A DNA stretch of 64,000 nt, from contig OX597828.1 of assembly GCA_951406725.2 (NCBI GenBank), positions 62,806,001 to 62,870,000 on the forward strand. Reading direction: 5' to 3'. The position numbers were made by a program, and so were the translations under genes. The first letter of the stretch is position 1; every line of letters begins with the position of its first letter. Shown here one piece after another: positions 14,204-29,100 of the stretch. The notes under the pieces were generated by a model. The model ran no database searches and had not been told where the DNA came from. It saw nothing but the letters and a program-made list of their open reading frames with translations. The DNA is from Octopus vulgaris (lineage: Eukaryota).

Positions 14204-14682
14204 CTGGAAATAGAGAGAGAGAATAATGAAGGTTAGTCATGGAAAAATATTTAGAGAGAAAGAGACATTTGGGTAACACAAACTTAGATAACATTAGCCC
14301 ATTGCATGGGACTTGATATTGACCCCAGGATGATGTAAAATAAAATTAATCTCCAGTAGGATTTGAACTCCAGATGTAAAGAGACGTAACCAAATATCAC
14401 AACACTAGTTGGCTTGATGCTCTACTGATTCTACCATTTATACAAAATGAAAGCCACAAATTCATAGTAAGCCATGAGATTGTGTGACATTCATGCCTTA
14501 CTAAAGAGAATGTTGATGATGATAATAATAATGAAAGGGTTAGGGTAAAGAGAGTGAAACTGGGTGATTGGGTGGTGGTTGTTAATCTCAGGTCAGGATT
14601 GACCAAACAAACCCATTGTCAAATGTCTTCCACCCATGACCACTCCAACTTCTCCTTTTCAGACTTGTCCCTCCTCATTTAA

Positions 14683-14890
14683 CCCTTTGGCATCCAGGTC
14701 ACTGTCAAATGTGACCTGTTTTTATTCACATTCCTTTCAAATTAATCAGACATTATCTCATAGCTTTAAGATTTTGGTTTATTTTTAGAATGACTTTGCA
14801 GGATTGGTGTGAGAAGTCAGATCTGGTTGGTTTGAACATAAAACAAGTGGAATGTTTGGGCCTGATGTGGCCAGTTTAAATGTTGAAGGG
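14683..14890. mobile_element. piggyBac-like MITE
   Basis: TTAA|CCCTT...AAGGG|TTAA. Confidence 0.6.
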
Positions 14891-15404
14891 TTAAGCCAAC
14901 AAGATGCAATTTGTATGAGGTTTGGTTAGTATATCTAGCAGGTTGACAGGCCTATAAGGGCTCCCTTCTCCAGACCCCCAACCCGCCTCATGTGTGTGGT
15001 GGTGGTTGTGGTGACAGACTTTCCTTGCAAAGGCCACACTTTCTGGTCTTTAAAATTTAACCTTTTAGTCATTGCAACACATCACACCTCCCTCCCCCAC
15101 CACTTAACCATCCCAAACCATTGGGCCTTTCCATAAAGGGCTTAATTAAAGTCGTTAGAGATAAAGATCTTTCCATAGTTTAACCGACAGTTTGACATAC
15201 ACACACACATACCCTGTCTCTCTCTCTATCAGAAACCACACCACACCACACCACCTACACAAATAGCATGTATATACACACATACATACACAAACTACCA
15301 GCCTATGTATGTATATAGATACAAGCAAATACACATGGCTATGCTACTACATCAGACCACTTCAATGAATGGCCACCCTCGTATAGAGAGAGAAGCCATA
15401 ATAC

Positions 15405-15457
<53 letters not shown>

Positions 15458-16834
15458 CAAACACATGCACACCCCTCTACTACAACACATTACAGAAACA
15501 TCATCTCTTCCTGTCCCTCACAGTTATGCACTTAGGCCCTCCTCCTCTTTACTCCTCCTCTCCCACTGTTCTACCTTCATACTTCCAAAGATTTAACCTC
15601 ATTAGTTCATAGTCAGTCATAAACCACCAACACCACAGCCACCAACATCCACCTGTCTCATCCCATTAGCTCCTTGCCCTTCTCCTTTCTCCAGTCATAA
15701 GTAGCACTAATAGAATGACCACTTTGAAGAAAATATGCAACACACTCACTCATGCACACACATCCACCCTTTTCATACAACATTTTACATACATACACAC
15801 ATACGTACACAGAAGAGCAAACAACTGCAATATGAATAGCCGTGTGGGTCAGAGGTATTTGACCAGTCACCTACGTAGGTAGCAGAGGAGTGGCTAACAA
15901 CAGCTGCAACACAATACAACATCACCAGTGGCTGGTCAGTAAGGAAGTCAATAGAAGCTATATATCATCATCATCATCATCGTCGTGATCATCATCGTTT
16001 GATGTCCATTTTCTATGCTGTCATGGGTTGGATGGTTTGATAGGAACCAACAAACCAATGAACTGCACCAATCCCTAATGTCAGCTTTGGCATGGTTTCC
16101 CTTTGGCTAGATGCCCTTCCTAACACCAACCACTTCACAGAGTAGTGAACTTGATGCTTTTCCATGGCAATGGCACTAGTGGAATCACTGAGTAACATGC
16201 AAGAGAACAGCTTCAACTTAGGTGGAGGGGGGAGTTGTATTGAGGGGGCGGTGGCTTTATGCCAAGTGTTGAGAAAGTATGGTAGAGGGACAGGAACAGG
16301 GGGTCTTGCTGAAATGGAGATACATGTCCCACCCCACCCACATATAGATGCTAAAGAAGGGATGGTCATGGCTAGTAGATCTACAGGATCAGGGTTGACC
16401 TGGGGCTAAAACAACAACACCAACATCTGTAGTACAGAAACACAGTGGTGAGCTGGCTGGTACATGCTCCCTCCCTTAGCAACATACTCCAACCTCCATC
16501 CCACAAACATGCTGTATCCTCTCACTTCCCATTTTTATTACTACTACAGTGGCCTCTGTTCTTCACAACTGGCTAGTCTTGTACTTCCACCCTCAGACAC
16601 ATCCGATTTATTCATTTTTTCCTCCCCTTGACACCCTTATTTTGTACACACCCTCAGACCTTGCACTGATCCCTATACCTAGTTCTTCTTCCTCGGGGCT
16701 TCACCCCTCAGAACCTCACCGTCTGCACATTTTTTCTGGGGTCATTAACTGCTCAAGAGAAATGTTAACTGCATTGATCTCCCTGCCTTACCTCACTGGA
16801 CATGGACTAGTCCACATCTGTTCACACACACAGG

Positions 16835-17212
16835 TATGGCTACTTCTCAACCACATAGGTTTGGGTTCAATTCCACAGTGTGGAATTTTGGAGATGACTA
16901 CTACAACCCTGGGTTAACCAAAGCCTTGTGAATAGATTTGGTAGACAGAAACTGAATGAAGCCATGTGTGTGTATAGACAGATGTGTACCTTGTCTTAAC
17001 ATCATTTGATGGTTGTAAACAAGCACTACTGTCATACAAGTGAGGTTGTTCATTTCTAGTCTTCTATAAAAATCATCTTTGGTCATGAGAAAATATTACC
17101 TTAGTTAGAAACCCTTTAGGGTTGGTGACAGGAAGCACACCCGGCTGTAGAAAACCTGCCCCAGTGAATTCTACCCGATACATGCAAGCATGGAAAACAG
17201 ACATTAAAACGA
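16835..17212 (+). mobile_element. tRNA-derived SINE (decayed)
   Basis: GGGTTCAATTCCAC B box; ACCAAAGCCTTGTGAATAGATTTGGTAGACAGAAACTG is shared with 3120-3513. Confidence 0.7.
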
Positions 17213-17989
17213 TATACCATCATCCTTTAACGTCTATTTTCCATGCTGGGATGGGTTGGACATATCTATATTACACACAAGATACACTTTTGAACAATTT
17301 CTTTTAATGAATAGTAGAAAACACTTCCTTAAGATGCCATGCTGTCAATCGGCTGGAGTTCATACACTTTGATGTGTGAACACACACATACATAAACATC
17401 CATACACACATGCAAGCAATAAAGAATTCATGTCCACTTCACCTCATTCAGTTAATCACTGCATGTCAGGGTATGTAGCTATGGTGACCAGTCAGGTAGA
17501 AACTTGGTGTGTCAAGAACTGTTGGGTCAAAATTGCTCAACGACTACAACAAACACGACAACAATACCAAAAACATTTTGGGTGTATTTAGTTGTTGTTT
17601 AACTCCAGGTTCAGACTTGATTAAAGAAAAACATAAGATTTAAGATAATCCACTGATAACCATTTCATCCTTTTCAAGGGTTATCTAGGACTACATTATC
17701 TAATGTTTAAGACAGTAGAGTTTGATTTGAGAGGGATTCAGCTGCCATGTTTAGCAAGTTGAGTGACTTGTAGAAGCAGGCTCCCTTGTTAGCTGAGTAT
17801 TCAACTGTGATGATGCTGCATAGACAGATACTCTCCCCTGGATGGGTTTTCCTGGAGCTACTGCTGTTACTGTTGCTGCTACTGCTGTTACTGTTGCTGC
17901 TACTGCTGCTGCTGTTCCACTCACATGCATTCATATTTATATATGCAGAGTATATGTGCATGTATGGAAAGTGACATACATTAATTATA

Positions 17990-18885
17990 CAGAGTGTTTG
18001 AGCTAAATTTAATGAATTTTTAGTCGCCATTTTTTCAAGGACTGCTTGATGTTTTGGTGAACAATCAACTGAGTTGGAGAGCATAAAGATTAAAGTTGTC
18101 GTCGAGAAAAAGTTAACTGACATGGAGGGCTGGAAGCCATCAGAATATTGGAAAAGAGTTACCTGTATCATGATGAATCGCTCAGCATATGAAAATGCTG
18201 ACATCATGACCACTGTTCAATGTTTTGTAAACAAACACTGTAAAGGCTGTAAAACGCTACATGGACAGCTGCCATGGAAACCATGAAGCTGTGACCAGCA
18301 GAAGGAGACATGCCAGGTGTTCTGGCTGTGTCTGCACATCAAAATTCATCTCCATGTCTTTGAACTGGGCCTTTGGCTCAATTCAGACAGCTATGTAAAG
18401 TTGCTGGAGACTGGTCAAACGCTGGCTGGAGAGGGCTGCTGCTGGAAGGCCATGCGCATGGCAGCGGGATTTGGCCCCTTAGCATACCTTCGGAAAGGGC
18501 CAGAAATAGTTGTCAGAGGATTTCTATGACTTCACCCACCCTAATTCTCCCATTGTAATCCCATGGATTACTTTGTGTAGGGCATAGTTGAGAAAGACAC
18601 CAACTGCTGTGTCTGCAACACTGAGTAAAAATCTGGTGGTCAAAGCTAAGATGGTGTTTGAAAGTCTTCCCAAAGACAAAGTGAGAAATGTATGCACCAG
18701 GTTCCAGAATGGTCTTGAGGCTGTAGTGGAAGCTGAGGATGGGTACCTTGAGTAAACTTTCATTTCTCAATCATAATCTTGTTTTGATATTTTTTTTGTT
18801 TTTTTTAAATGCTTTTATTTTTGGATGAGGCATTGTATTTTGTTTCCCTTTTATGCAAACTGTCAAATTTAGCCCAAACACCCTG
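17990..18885 (+). mobile_element. Decayed Tc1/mariner element, probably maT/DD37D-like
   Basis: TIRs CAG(A/G)GTGTTTG(A/G)GCTAAATTT with TA on the left. Broken transposase remnant PNSPxCNPMDYFV*GIVEK at ~18540-18600. Confidence 0.7.
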
Positions 18886-20634
18886 TGTATATACACACAT
18901 ACACTAATAATATACAATATATATGAAATGGGGGAAGTGGTAAGACAGTGAGGAATATACTGATATAGACACATACAGATGTTGACTGCAGCAGGAATTA
19001 AACTCAGAATGCAGATTTGGAACAAGTACTGCAAAGCATTGCATTGACTCTCCCAATGACTGCCGGTTCCTCATTTTTTGTTTGTTTTTTGATTTAAAAA
19101 AATAACACAAAGAATTTGCAAGATTGTGTTAAAAACATGTGAAGAGATTCACCAGATCTATTTTTTTTCATTTGCAAAATATACATTTTTTTTAAAGGAA
19201 GTAAAAAAATCTGAAAATCAGCTATAATAATGTAGCCTTCCAGTCTCATTGCTTTGATGGTATGATGTTGTGGAGAGAAAAAATTGGAGGAAAAAGTTAC
19301 AGAGGTTTAAAAATTGGGAAAACGGTATTTTTAGCCAATAGCGAGACAGAAATTTTCTGCATTTAGCGGAGCGGTATCAACATTAAGGTTGTACCCTGTG
19401 AAATTTATAGTTTAGCATCTGACCTGTTCATTGTGGGTTTCTAAATAAACAGAAATACCTAATAAAATCAACATGTATCATCTTACTGTTTTGTCTCTTC
19501 ATTGATTGTATATTAGTATTATTTTTTAAAATTTGTTATATTAATATATTTGTCTGCATGTGTTTAATTTATGCGTACTTCAGTGCTATGTATACCTGCC
19601 ATGTATTTATGTACATCATTAATATATAAGTGCACATGAGTGTGTGTGTGAAAAGGGGGCGTCTGTCTCCTAAACTCTAAAATTGAGTAATGTTTTCATG
19701 CTTGGATTTGTAAACTAGGATAAGAATTTGTCCCAAGGAAAAGAATACCTATATCATATGTTTTTGCATGCAGAATTCAAAAATAATGTCAAATTATCTG
19801 TATCACCCACAGTTTCACAGTTTCTCTGTCCCATGATATCCCTTCCAGTTCCTTGGTACGTGTGCTAAATTTCAGTCGAGCTGTTGAAATGTAAAGCTTA
19901 TGGTTTAAGAAATACTCCTAATTTAAATTTTTATGAACAGAATTAACCCAGTGAAAGCATAAATCCAGCTGAGTCAATGAGTCCCAAAAATATATGAAAT
20001 GAAAAATATGTAAAAATGCTAAAACACAGAAGCACAGAAAGATATGTAATATACAAACACACAGAAAAATTAAAATAAAACACGTGGGTGAAAAAAATCT
20101 CGTGGCGTGAAGAATCAAGTGTGAAAAATCAACATAGACAACAGCGGCACAGACAACAGTGAACCATAACACAACGTGCAGTTGTCATGGTAACAAGCTG
20201 CTAATGCCACACTGTCTGTTGATTGGCTAAAATTGCACAAATTACCCAACTTTAATTCCAAATAACAAGATTCTTTATGAGATACAGTAATTGATTGATC
20301 ATAATCAAAATTCAGAGTTGCATCGATACACCAAAATTGAAATCAATCTGAGCAAAATTAGGAGGGGGAGGGGACTCATTTTGCGGATGAGAAAGACTAG
20401 ATCCAATTCACCCTCAATGTAGAATAATTTGGAAGAAATATAGATTAACAGAATTGGTGAGAGTTATGGTAATTGGATTAAAAGGATCTGTGAGGGTTAG
20501 TAAAAGTGTCTGGTTAAAGCTTGAGTTAAACTCTTGTTGCTCTATTCAATTTTACTTTCCTGGCACCCGAGGGTCATAGAGTACCAAACAAAAAGTACCA
20601 GAGTCAAAGATGAGAAATAAACAATTTGAGAGCT

Positions 20635-20900
20635 GAGCAGCATCATAAAGGGTGTGATACAGAATATAGGCTATGCTGTGGCACAAAGCCAGAAGAAAGC
20701 TAGCAACATTGTGGTATAGGAACAGCACCACAGTATAAAGGCTGTACTGTGAGACAAAGCCAGCAGCATCATGGCACGAAGGTAACGCCATGATACAAAG
20801 GTAATACAGTGATGTGACACAAAGGCAGCAGAGCCATGGCACAAAGGCAGCAGAGTTATGGCACAAAGGCAGCAGAGTTATGGCACAAAGGCTGCTCCAC
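20635..20900. repeat. 22-bp degenerate minisatellite (ATGGCACAAAGGCAGCAGAGTT)
   Basis: Near-identical units at 20836-20893; units become more degenerate leftward. Confidence 0.8.
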
Positions 20901-21186
20901 AGTGCAATGAGTGAAACCTGTGGAAGAGAATAAGGAGGCATTTGAGAAAAGGAAAAGTTTGAAAGAAAGAAAAAGGAAAGAAAAAAGGTGAGGAAGAGAA
21001 TAAGAAAGGATTTCCTCTGAAAGAACACCATAAGGATTGCTGTTTTATTGAAAGTCTTTGGATAATTAACGTTTCCAGAAATAGAACCAAAATTCTTATG
21101 TGAACCCCAACAACAATCGTTAGAAGAATAACAGAAAGAAAAAAGAAAAGAATAAATAGTTTTTGTTGAAAGTCACCAAAAATCAT

Positions 21187-21235
<49 letters not shown>

Positions 21236-21714
21236 AGAGAGAGGAGGTTGGAGGTGGTGTTGGGGACCCGCCTACCCCCTCTCCTCTCAAGCGAGTGGGG
21301 GTGGGTGGAGGGGTAGAAAGGCTTGTAAAAGAAATTGTCTTTTTCAAGTGCTCTCCTTCTCCCCTCTTACAAGGACAGGGGAAGTGCGTGCTTTTATTTA
21401 TTTATTTATTGTATTTTTTTAGGAAGTCTGCTAAGTAACAAGTCACCACGATCAGCTTAAATACACACACACATACGTTGTGTGTGTGACTGTATGTAAA
21501 TGTATACACATCCATACACACACACACGTATTTACACAGTTAGTATGTGCCCCACTGATACAAACAATATCTGCAGAACATGGAGAACAACAGTAGTAGT
21601 AGTAGTAGTAGTAGTTGTTGGTGGTGGTGGTGGTGGACGTCCATGTGATGTGGTGGGTTTGAAATGATGTGTGGGCATTCTTCAGATTTCACAGACTACA
21701 ATCAAATAATTGGT

Positions 21715-22047
21715 GAAGAGTGAGGGGAGGGGAGGAGAGAGAGATGCAGAGAGGGGATAAGGAGGGAGGGGTAGAGATGATGGAAGGGAGGTAGAGATAG
21801 AAGAACAGAGGCAAATGGAGGAGGAAGAGGTAAAGAGGGAGGTAGGTAAGGCAGAAAGAGATAGAGAGAGAGAGGGGGAGAGTTAGAGGAAGAAAGGGGT
21901 GGAAAGGTTGTAGATAGGGAAGGATGCAGAGGGGGATAGGTAGAGGTAAGAATGTAGAGATTGAGGTAGGAAGAGAGTGGCATAGAGAGGGAGGCAGGTA
22001 GGGGAAATGGAGGTAGAAATATATACGGGGGTGGGGGTGGGGGTGGA
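21715..22047. repeat. Polypurine GA-rich low-complexity tract
   Basis: Read directly from the sequence. Confidence 0.8.
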
Positions 22048-22479
22048 ATCAGAATGTATTTGAAAATTTGAACTCACAACCTTGTGGTCAGTAACTTCAC
22101 TCATCAACCTAGCAACCATCACTAAATATCTTCTTGGAGGGCTTTAATGGCTTTAACAAGAATGAGAAACTTTAACATTCATGTTAGTTTGGGTCAAACA
22201 GCGCTGGATTTGAGGCAGAAATTTACGGTTGGATGCTCTTTCTGTTTCTAACCTTTACCTATTTCTCAAATAAGGAACTTTATGTAAATTTACTGACAAG
22301 GTTGCTGAAAGGCAACGAAAAAGCTTTGACAAAACAAAAAAGAAAAATCGAAGGCTTAATGAATGAGTGGTATTGAACCAGAGCGTTAATTATGAGGATT
22401 CTTCCCAGACACAACAGAACTTTTTATTCTACAATTCTTTCAAACTACAAACAGACAAATCACAACCCTTTCTACTATA

Positions 22480-22680
22480 GGCACAAAGTCAGCAATTACA
22501 CGGGATTGTGATTGGTTGATTACACCAACCCCAGTGCATAACTGGTAATTATTTTATCAACTCTGAAAAGATGAAAAGCAAAGTCAACCACAACGAGATT
22601 TGAACTCAAAATGTAAAGACAAAGTGTTGCTAAGCATTGCGTCTGGTGTGCTAATGATTCTGCCAGCTCAATGCCTTAGA
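22480..22680 (-). mobile_element. SINE family 2 copy (CpG-decayed)
   Basis: Same core as the 56-57.8 kb copies, in reverse complement. Confidence 0.7.
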
Positions 22681-23165
22681 GCAGCATTTCTCAACCGGAG
22701 CTCCCTGCACCCTAGGTTTTCGCAAAAGGTTCCTAGGGGTTCTGTGAGAAAGAGTGAGATAAGCTAATGCTAATTTCATGATCGTAACGTTACTATACAT
22801 GCACAACATATTGGTTATTGTAATATAGACATCATCTTACATAACCCATTATGTTATAAAAAATTATATAACCATTGAAGATATATATATATGTATGTAT
22901 ATAATATTTACCAAGTGAAGTACGATGAAAAAAATATGAGAAAGATATGGTAATTTCTTTTTTGTGTAGCGGTTCCTTGAGACATAATTTATTTTAAGGG
23001 TTAAAATAAATAAAGGGTTTGTTTATGCATGTCATAGTCCAGTTTTATTTCAAGATTTCTTGCCAATGAAGAACCAGTTTCTAACCTAGATCCAAGGCTC
23101 CTTCATTAGAATTTCGATATTAACAACAGGGTATTTTTGTATGTATGTATGTATGTATGCAAGTA

Positions 23166-24456
23166 CGAGGGGCGTTCAATAAGTAATGCCCCTGATCTAC
23201 TTGAAGTTGTTCGATCTAGCTGAAATTTTGCATGTGCAATTACTTATATCTCTATAGATTCAATGGCAAATTACAGCTCTAAACTAATTGTGGTTTCTGA
23301 TTTACAGGTGTTTGAACTGAGTCAAGTGTGAAATGGAGTCTGTTGAATGTCGAGCAGTGATCCGGTTTTTGTATTTGAAAGGACGCACACCACGGGAGAC
23401 TTTTGATGAAATGAAAGTAACTAATTGTGATAATACCCCATCATATGACCTTGTAAAACGCTGGCATCGTGAATTCAAACATGGTTGGAACTCTGTGGAA
23501 ACAGCTCCCAGATCTGGTCGCCCCCTTCTGCCATTGATGAGGCATCTGTCCGTCAAGTTGAGGCTGCCATTTTGAAAGATCGACGCATAACTATTCGCGA
23601 AATAGCCCATGAGGTCAAGATTAGTACCGGGTCTGTGGAAACTATCATTCATGACCATTTGCATATGCAAAAGGTGTCTGCCAGATGGATTCCCAGGTTG
23701 CTCACATCTTTCCAGAAGCAAGAACGCGTTGATTGCTCGAGGATGAATTTGGAGATGTGCCAAGAAGATGAGTCAAAATTTTTCAAAAGACTGATTACAC
23801 AGGATGAAACCTGGGTCCATCACTATGATCCAGAGACCAAAGCCCAGTCAATGCAGTGGAAGCACCGTGACTCCCCTCCTCCAAAGAAGGCAAGGGTGCA
23901 GCCCTCCGCTGGCAAGGTCATGCTCACAGTCTTCTCGGACCAGGATGGAGTAGTGATGACAGATTTCCTGGCAAATGGTGCCACAATTACAGGAGCCTAT
24001 TATGCTTCACTTTTGAGGAAATTAAGAGAAGCTATCAAAATCAAGAGGCGGGGCAAGATCAAGAAAGGCATCCTCCTCCTGCAGGACAACGCTCTGGTCC
24101 ACAACTTGCGTGTCGCCAGATCAGAAGCACAGGCATGCGGCTATGAACTCCTCCCCCATCCCCCTACTCTTCTGACCTTGCACCTTCTGATTTTCACCTC
24201 TTCCCAGCCATGAAGTTGTTTTTGAAAGGAAAGAGTTTCCCAGATGATGCAGCCTTGATTTCTGAAGTCACGTCGTGGCTGGAGGACCAAGCTGGTGTCT
24301 TCTACAGAAACGGTCTTCAGAGCTGCATCAAACGATGGGAGAAATGCGTAACTCTGGGTGGTTCCTATGTAGAAAAAGACTAATAACTGTGCCAAGTTTC
24401 GTTGCTCTACTGCTATGGGACTTGGGTCAGGGGCATTACTTATTGAACGCCCCTCG
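23166..24456 (+). mobile_element. Full-length mariner transposon (DD34D, irritans/Hsmar2-like), 1291 bp
   Basis: Perfect 30-bp TIRs CGAGGGGCGTTCAATAAGTAATGCCCCTGA with a TA duplication on each side. Confidence 0.97.
23333..24383 (+). pseudogene. Mariner transposase with two frameshifts (~23525, ~24160)
   Basis: Motifs WIPRLL, DETW, QDNA and YSSDLAPSDFHLF are spread over three reading-frame segments. Confidence 0.9.
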
Positions 24457-25043
24457 TATGTATGTATGTAAGTATGTATGCATGGAAGTATGTATGCATG
24501 GAAGTATGTATGCATGGAAGTATGTATGCATGTAAGTATGTATGCATGTAAGTATGTATGCATGTAAGTATATATGCATGTATGTGTGCGGATTTGCATG
24601 TTTTATGCATGTCTTGTCATGCATATAGCTGCATATCTAGACATGATCATACATATTTAAATGATAAACTTCTTGAAAGTCCTACTGATTTTTACAGTTC
24701 CAGTGATGGATTGAATCTGTAGTCTTCGAATTAGCTTTCTCCTTTCTAGTGTTGTGAAGCTTAATTTCTCAAGATTGGTATTTAGGCAGTGTGTTCTATA
24801 TCATTGGGCCCCAATAATTACAGGTATACACCTGAACTTCTAATCTGGACAGAGTAACTACAAATATCTCAATAGTTCAGCATAGGTAGTTTCTTTTTAA
24901 CTAATCTTCAGCAGTATGTACGTGTCTTTATGTGTGTGAGTGTATAAAAGCAGAATAAGTCCATAGTACAAGTATTTGAGGGAATCCTGAGATAATACAA
25001 TCTGTATCATTTATATTACCTACTGGTTACTTAACATGACTAT

Positions 25044-25047
25044 GCAT

Positions 25048-25078
<31 letters not shown>

Positions 25079-25234
25079 CATACGTATATATATACATACA
25101 TACATATACATACATACATACATATACATACATACATATATATACATACATACATATACACATACATATACACATACATACATATACAAATACATAACAT
25201 ACATATATATACATAACATACACATACATATACA

Positions 25235-25272
<38 letters not shown>

Positions 25273-25412
25273 CATATATATACATAGATATATATACATA
25301 CATATATATATACATACATATATATATACATACATATATATACATATATATATACATACATATACATACATATATACATACATATACATACATATATATA
25401 TACATACATACA

Positions 25413-25460
<48 letters not shown>

Positions 25461-25757
25461 AATACACATACATACATATATACATACATACATACATATA
25501 TATATACATACATACATATATATATACATACATATATACATACATATATATATATATACATACATATATATATACATACATACATACACATACATATATA
25601 TATATACATACATATATATATACATACATATATATATATACATACATACATATATATATATACATACATATATATATATACATACATATATATATACATA
25701 CATATATATATACATACATATATATATATATACATACATATATATATATATACATAC

Positions 25758-25792
<35 letters not shown>

Positions 25793-25816
25793 CATACATA
25801 TATATATACATACATA

Positions 25817-25850
<34 letters not shown>

Positions 25851-25851
25851 C

Positions 25852-25918
<67 letters not shown>

Positions 25919-25925
25919 CATATAC

Positions 25926-25970
<45 letters not shown>

Positions 25971-26176
25971 CATATATATACATACATATATACATACATA
26001 TATACATACATATATATACATATATATATATACATATATATATATATACATATATACATATATACATATATACATATATATATACATATATATACATATA
26101 TATATATACATATATACATATATATACATATATATATATACATATATACATATATATACATACATATACATATATA
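25044..26176. repeat. (TA/TACA)n compound microsatellite block 1
   Basis: Read directly from the sequence. Confidence 0.97.
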
Positions 26177-29100
26177 TGATTGATTGATTGATTGATTGAT
26201 TCTAGTTTCAGCTTATGAGCTGTGGCCATGCTGGGGCACCGCCATTTGGTGTTGCTACTTGGTTTCACTTCATGGAGGCTTTCTAGCAACTGCTATTTGG
26301 TGCATGAGAGAGTTCGATGCAGCTGCCCTCATCTGCCCCTCCTGCCGTGAAGTTGGTTCATCTGGGACACCTGACAGGAAGAGATCCAGCTTCATTTTAA
26401 AGACATCTGTATCCACCCCATGCAGGTCTTTCAGGTTCTTCGGGAGGATATTGAAGAGCTGTGGGCCTCGGAAGCCCAGGCTATCACAGAATCTTGTCCT
26501 ACATCTTGATGGCAAGTTTGGAGTCCTAGGCACCACGCAGTGGCGCCCAGTTCTGGCATTTGCGTAACTCTCGATGCCAAAGTTCAGGACACTTCCCTCC
26601 AGGATCTTCCAGATGTATATTATGGCATATCTTTCCCGCCTACGCTCCAGGGAATATAATTTTAATCTCTGAAGTCTTTCCCAGTAGCTTACATTCTGCA
26701 TAGAGGCTATCTTCTTCGTGTAGCTTCGTTGGATTGCCTCAAGTTCTGTGATCAACTTGACACTGGATGGTGACCATAGCTGAGAGCAATAGTCAAAGTG
26801 GCTTAGGACAAGTGTCTTCCAGAGGACCATCATGGTTTCTTGTTCTCTTGTTCTAAAGGTTCTAAGAATCCAGCCAGCCAGCCGTCTGCATTTCATTGTC
26901 AGTTTAGCAACATGTACATGAAAGGTCGCGTCATCACTCATGTGAATACCCAGGTCACGCACTGATTGTGCCTCTGGGATTGCAATCCCTCCGGGTCCAG
27001 TGTATTCATTGGGTATTGCCTTCAGTTTTGCATGCTGATAGTATAAAGCTTGAAACTTTTCAGCATTGAACTGCATGCTATTCTTTTCAGCCCACTTGTA
27101 TATTTCGTCCAGCTCATATTGCAGGTGCTTAGTGTCTTCAGGGTTCTGTATTGCCTGTGAAACTTTTGTATCATCTGCATAACTTGTGATCGTGGCTCTC
27201 CGCGTGGCTGAGGGCATGTCTGAGAGGGCCATTATGAACAGTAGTGGTCCCAAAACAGTGCCCTGTGGAACACCGCTCACTATTTGCATGCTAATGGAAG
27301 TGGCCCCATTGGCTGCTACCACCTGACTTCTATTCTTCAGAAAGTCGTGAAGCCATTCTCCTAGTTTTCCAACTATGCCAAGATCACGCAGTTTGTGACA
27401 TATCATTCCATGATCGACTTTATCGAAGGCCTTTGCGAAGTCGAGATATATGACTTCCACATTTGAGTGGTTGAGCAGTTGTTTCAGCACCCAGTCATAG
27501 TGCTGCAGGAGCTGAGTTAAGCAGCTTCTTCCTGGTCGGAAACCATGTTGGGTGTCAGGCAGCAAGTCATTTTCTTCAAGGAAGGTGATTAGTTTCCTTC
27601 TGACTATTCGTTCCATGACCTTGCTGATGTGTGAGGTCAGAGACATAGGTCTGTAGTTCTTGGCCTCCGCTCTGCTACCTCCTTTATGAATAGGGCATAT
27701 TTTACCTTCCTTCAGTTTTCTTGGAAGTTTGCCAGCTGCAAGGAAGCTCTGAAAGAGGAACTGCAGTGGTCTTGCTAGGACTCTCTTACATACTTTTAGG
27801 AGGATTGCCGGGAATCCATCGGGGCCAATAGCTGAGTCTGTTTTTTATTTCATCTATAGCCTTTATTACAACGTCTTCCTTTATATCGATGTAATTTATC
27901 GTCGCCGCCTCTGATTCTATATCTGCAGTGGTAAAGAAGTCAGTTGGATTGCTGATTTGGAAATGCCCAAGGGGTGGAGTGAAAACACTCTTGAATTGTT
28001 CATTCAGTTTTTCACTTACCCTCATTGGTTTTCCTGTGAGTGTGCCATCCTTTTCAAGGAGTGGCCCTATCCTACAGTGCACCGTAGCTGTTTCTTTGGC
28101 ATACCTGTAGAAAGCTCTGGGGTTTGTTTTTATGTTGTCTATAGCCCAGGCTTCTTTGTCTGCTCTTTCCTTGTCATGGGAGAGTTGCAGACAATTTTCA
28201 ATTTCCAACAGTTTTATTTTCAGGCGGGACTTTTCACTGCTTTCAATTTGTTTGTTTAGGCGATTTGAAATTTTTGTACGCCGTCTCATTAAAATTTTCC
28301 TCTCTCTGGGGATTTTGTTCTTGTGTACAGTGGCCTTTCTCTCTGGGACACATTTGTAGCATATGGCTTGCATTACAGACATGAATTGTTGAAGTATCAT
28401 GTCGATTTCCGGCGAGGAGAGACATTCAGGCCAGTTTTGTTTGAGGATCTCTTTCTCAATTTGTTTCCAGTTTGCCTTATTGAAGTTCAAGCTGGAAAGA
28501 TTCTGAGGGTTTCTTGTAGGCTGCATGTCCGTGCTCTCTTTTGGCCCGTACATGGTCAGCTCTACCATGTTGTGATCCGAGAGTAGTGTCGGTGTCACTT
28601 TCACATTATGGATGAGATCCATATTATTTGTGAAGCAGAGATCCAGTGTGTTACCTGCTCTGGTTGGTTGGAGTATTACTTGCTCCATGTACAGGGTGTT
28701 GATGAGGTTCAGGAGGGACCTCGCCTGTCCTCGTTCACATCTTGTCATTCCTGGGAGAGAAAGGCCCTTGGGCCATCTGACATTGGGTAGATTGAAGTCT
28801 CCCATGAGAAGTACACTTATGTGTTGTTCTAATGTGGTTAGAACTTCTTCTATTTTTTTTTTTTTAAAAAGCAGTCCTCAAACTTGCCCATATGACTTGG
28901 GGCATCTGGAGGGCGATATGTAGCACACACAACTACATCAAGTTGCCTTATGTGTACAATTAGTGTGTCACACACCGAGTTTGAGTATGACAAGAGGACC
29001 TGGGGTGTGAGGTCCCCACGGATGTACATAGCAACTCCTCCATGACTCCTTTCTTTCCTGTCGGTCCGTAGTACAACATACTGTGGTATGTGTAATTCCG

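Noticed and set aside
16440-16800. Possible Penelope ORF remnant
   Set aside because: Too decayed to support without a profile search.
20552-21031. 159-aa hydrophobic ORF with a good-looking acceptor near 20918
   Set aside because: Derived from a 22-bp minisatellite and an A-rich tract; no recognisable domain or strong donor.
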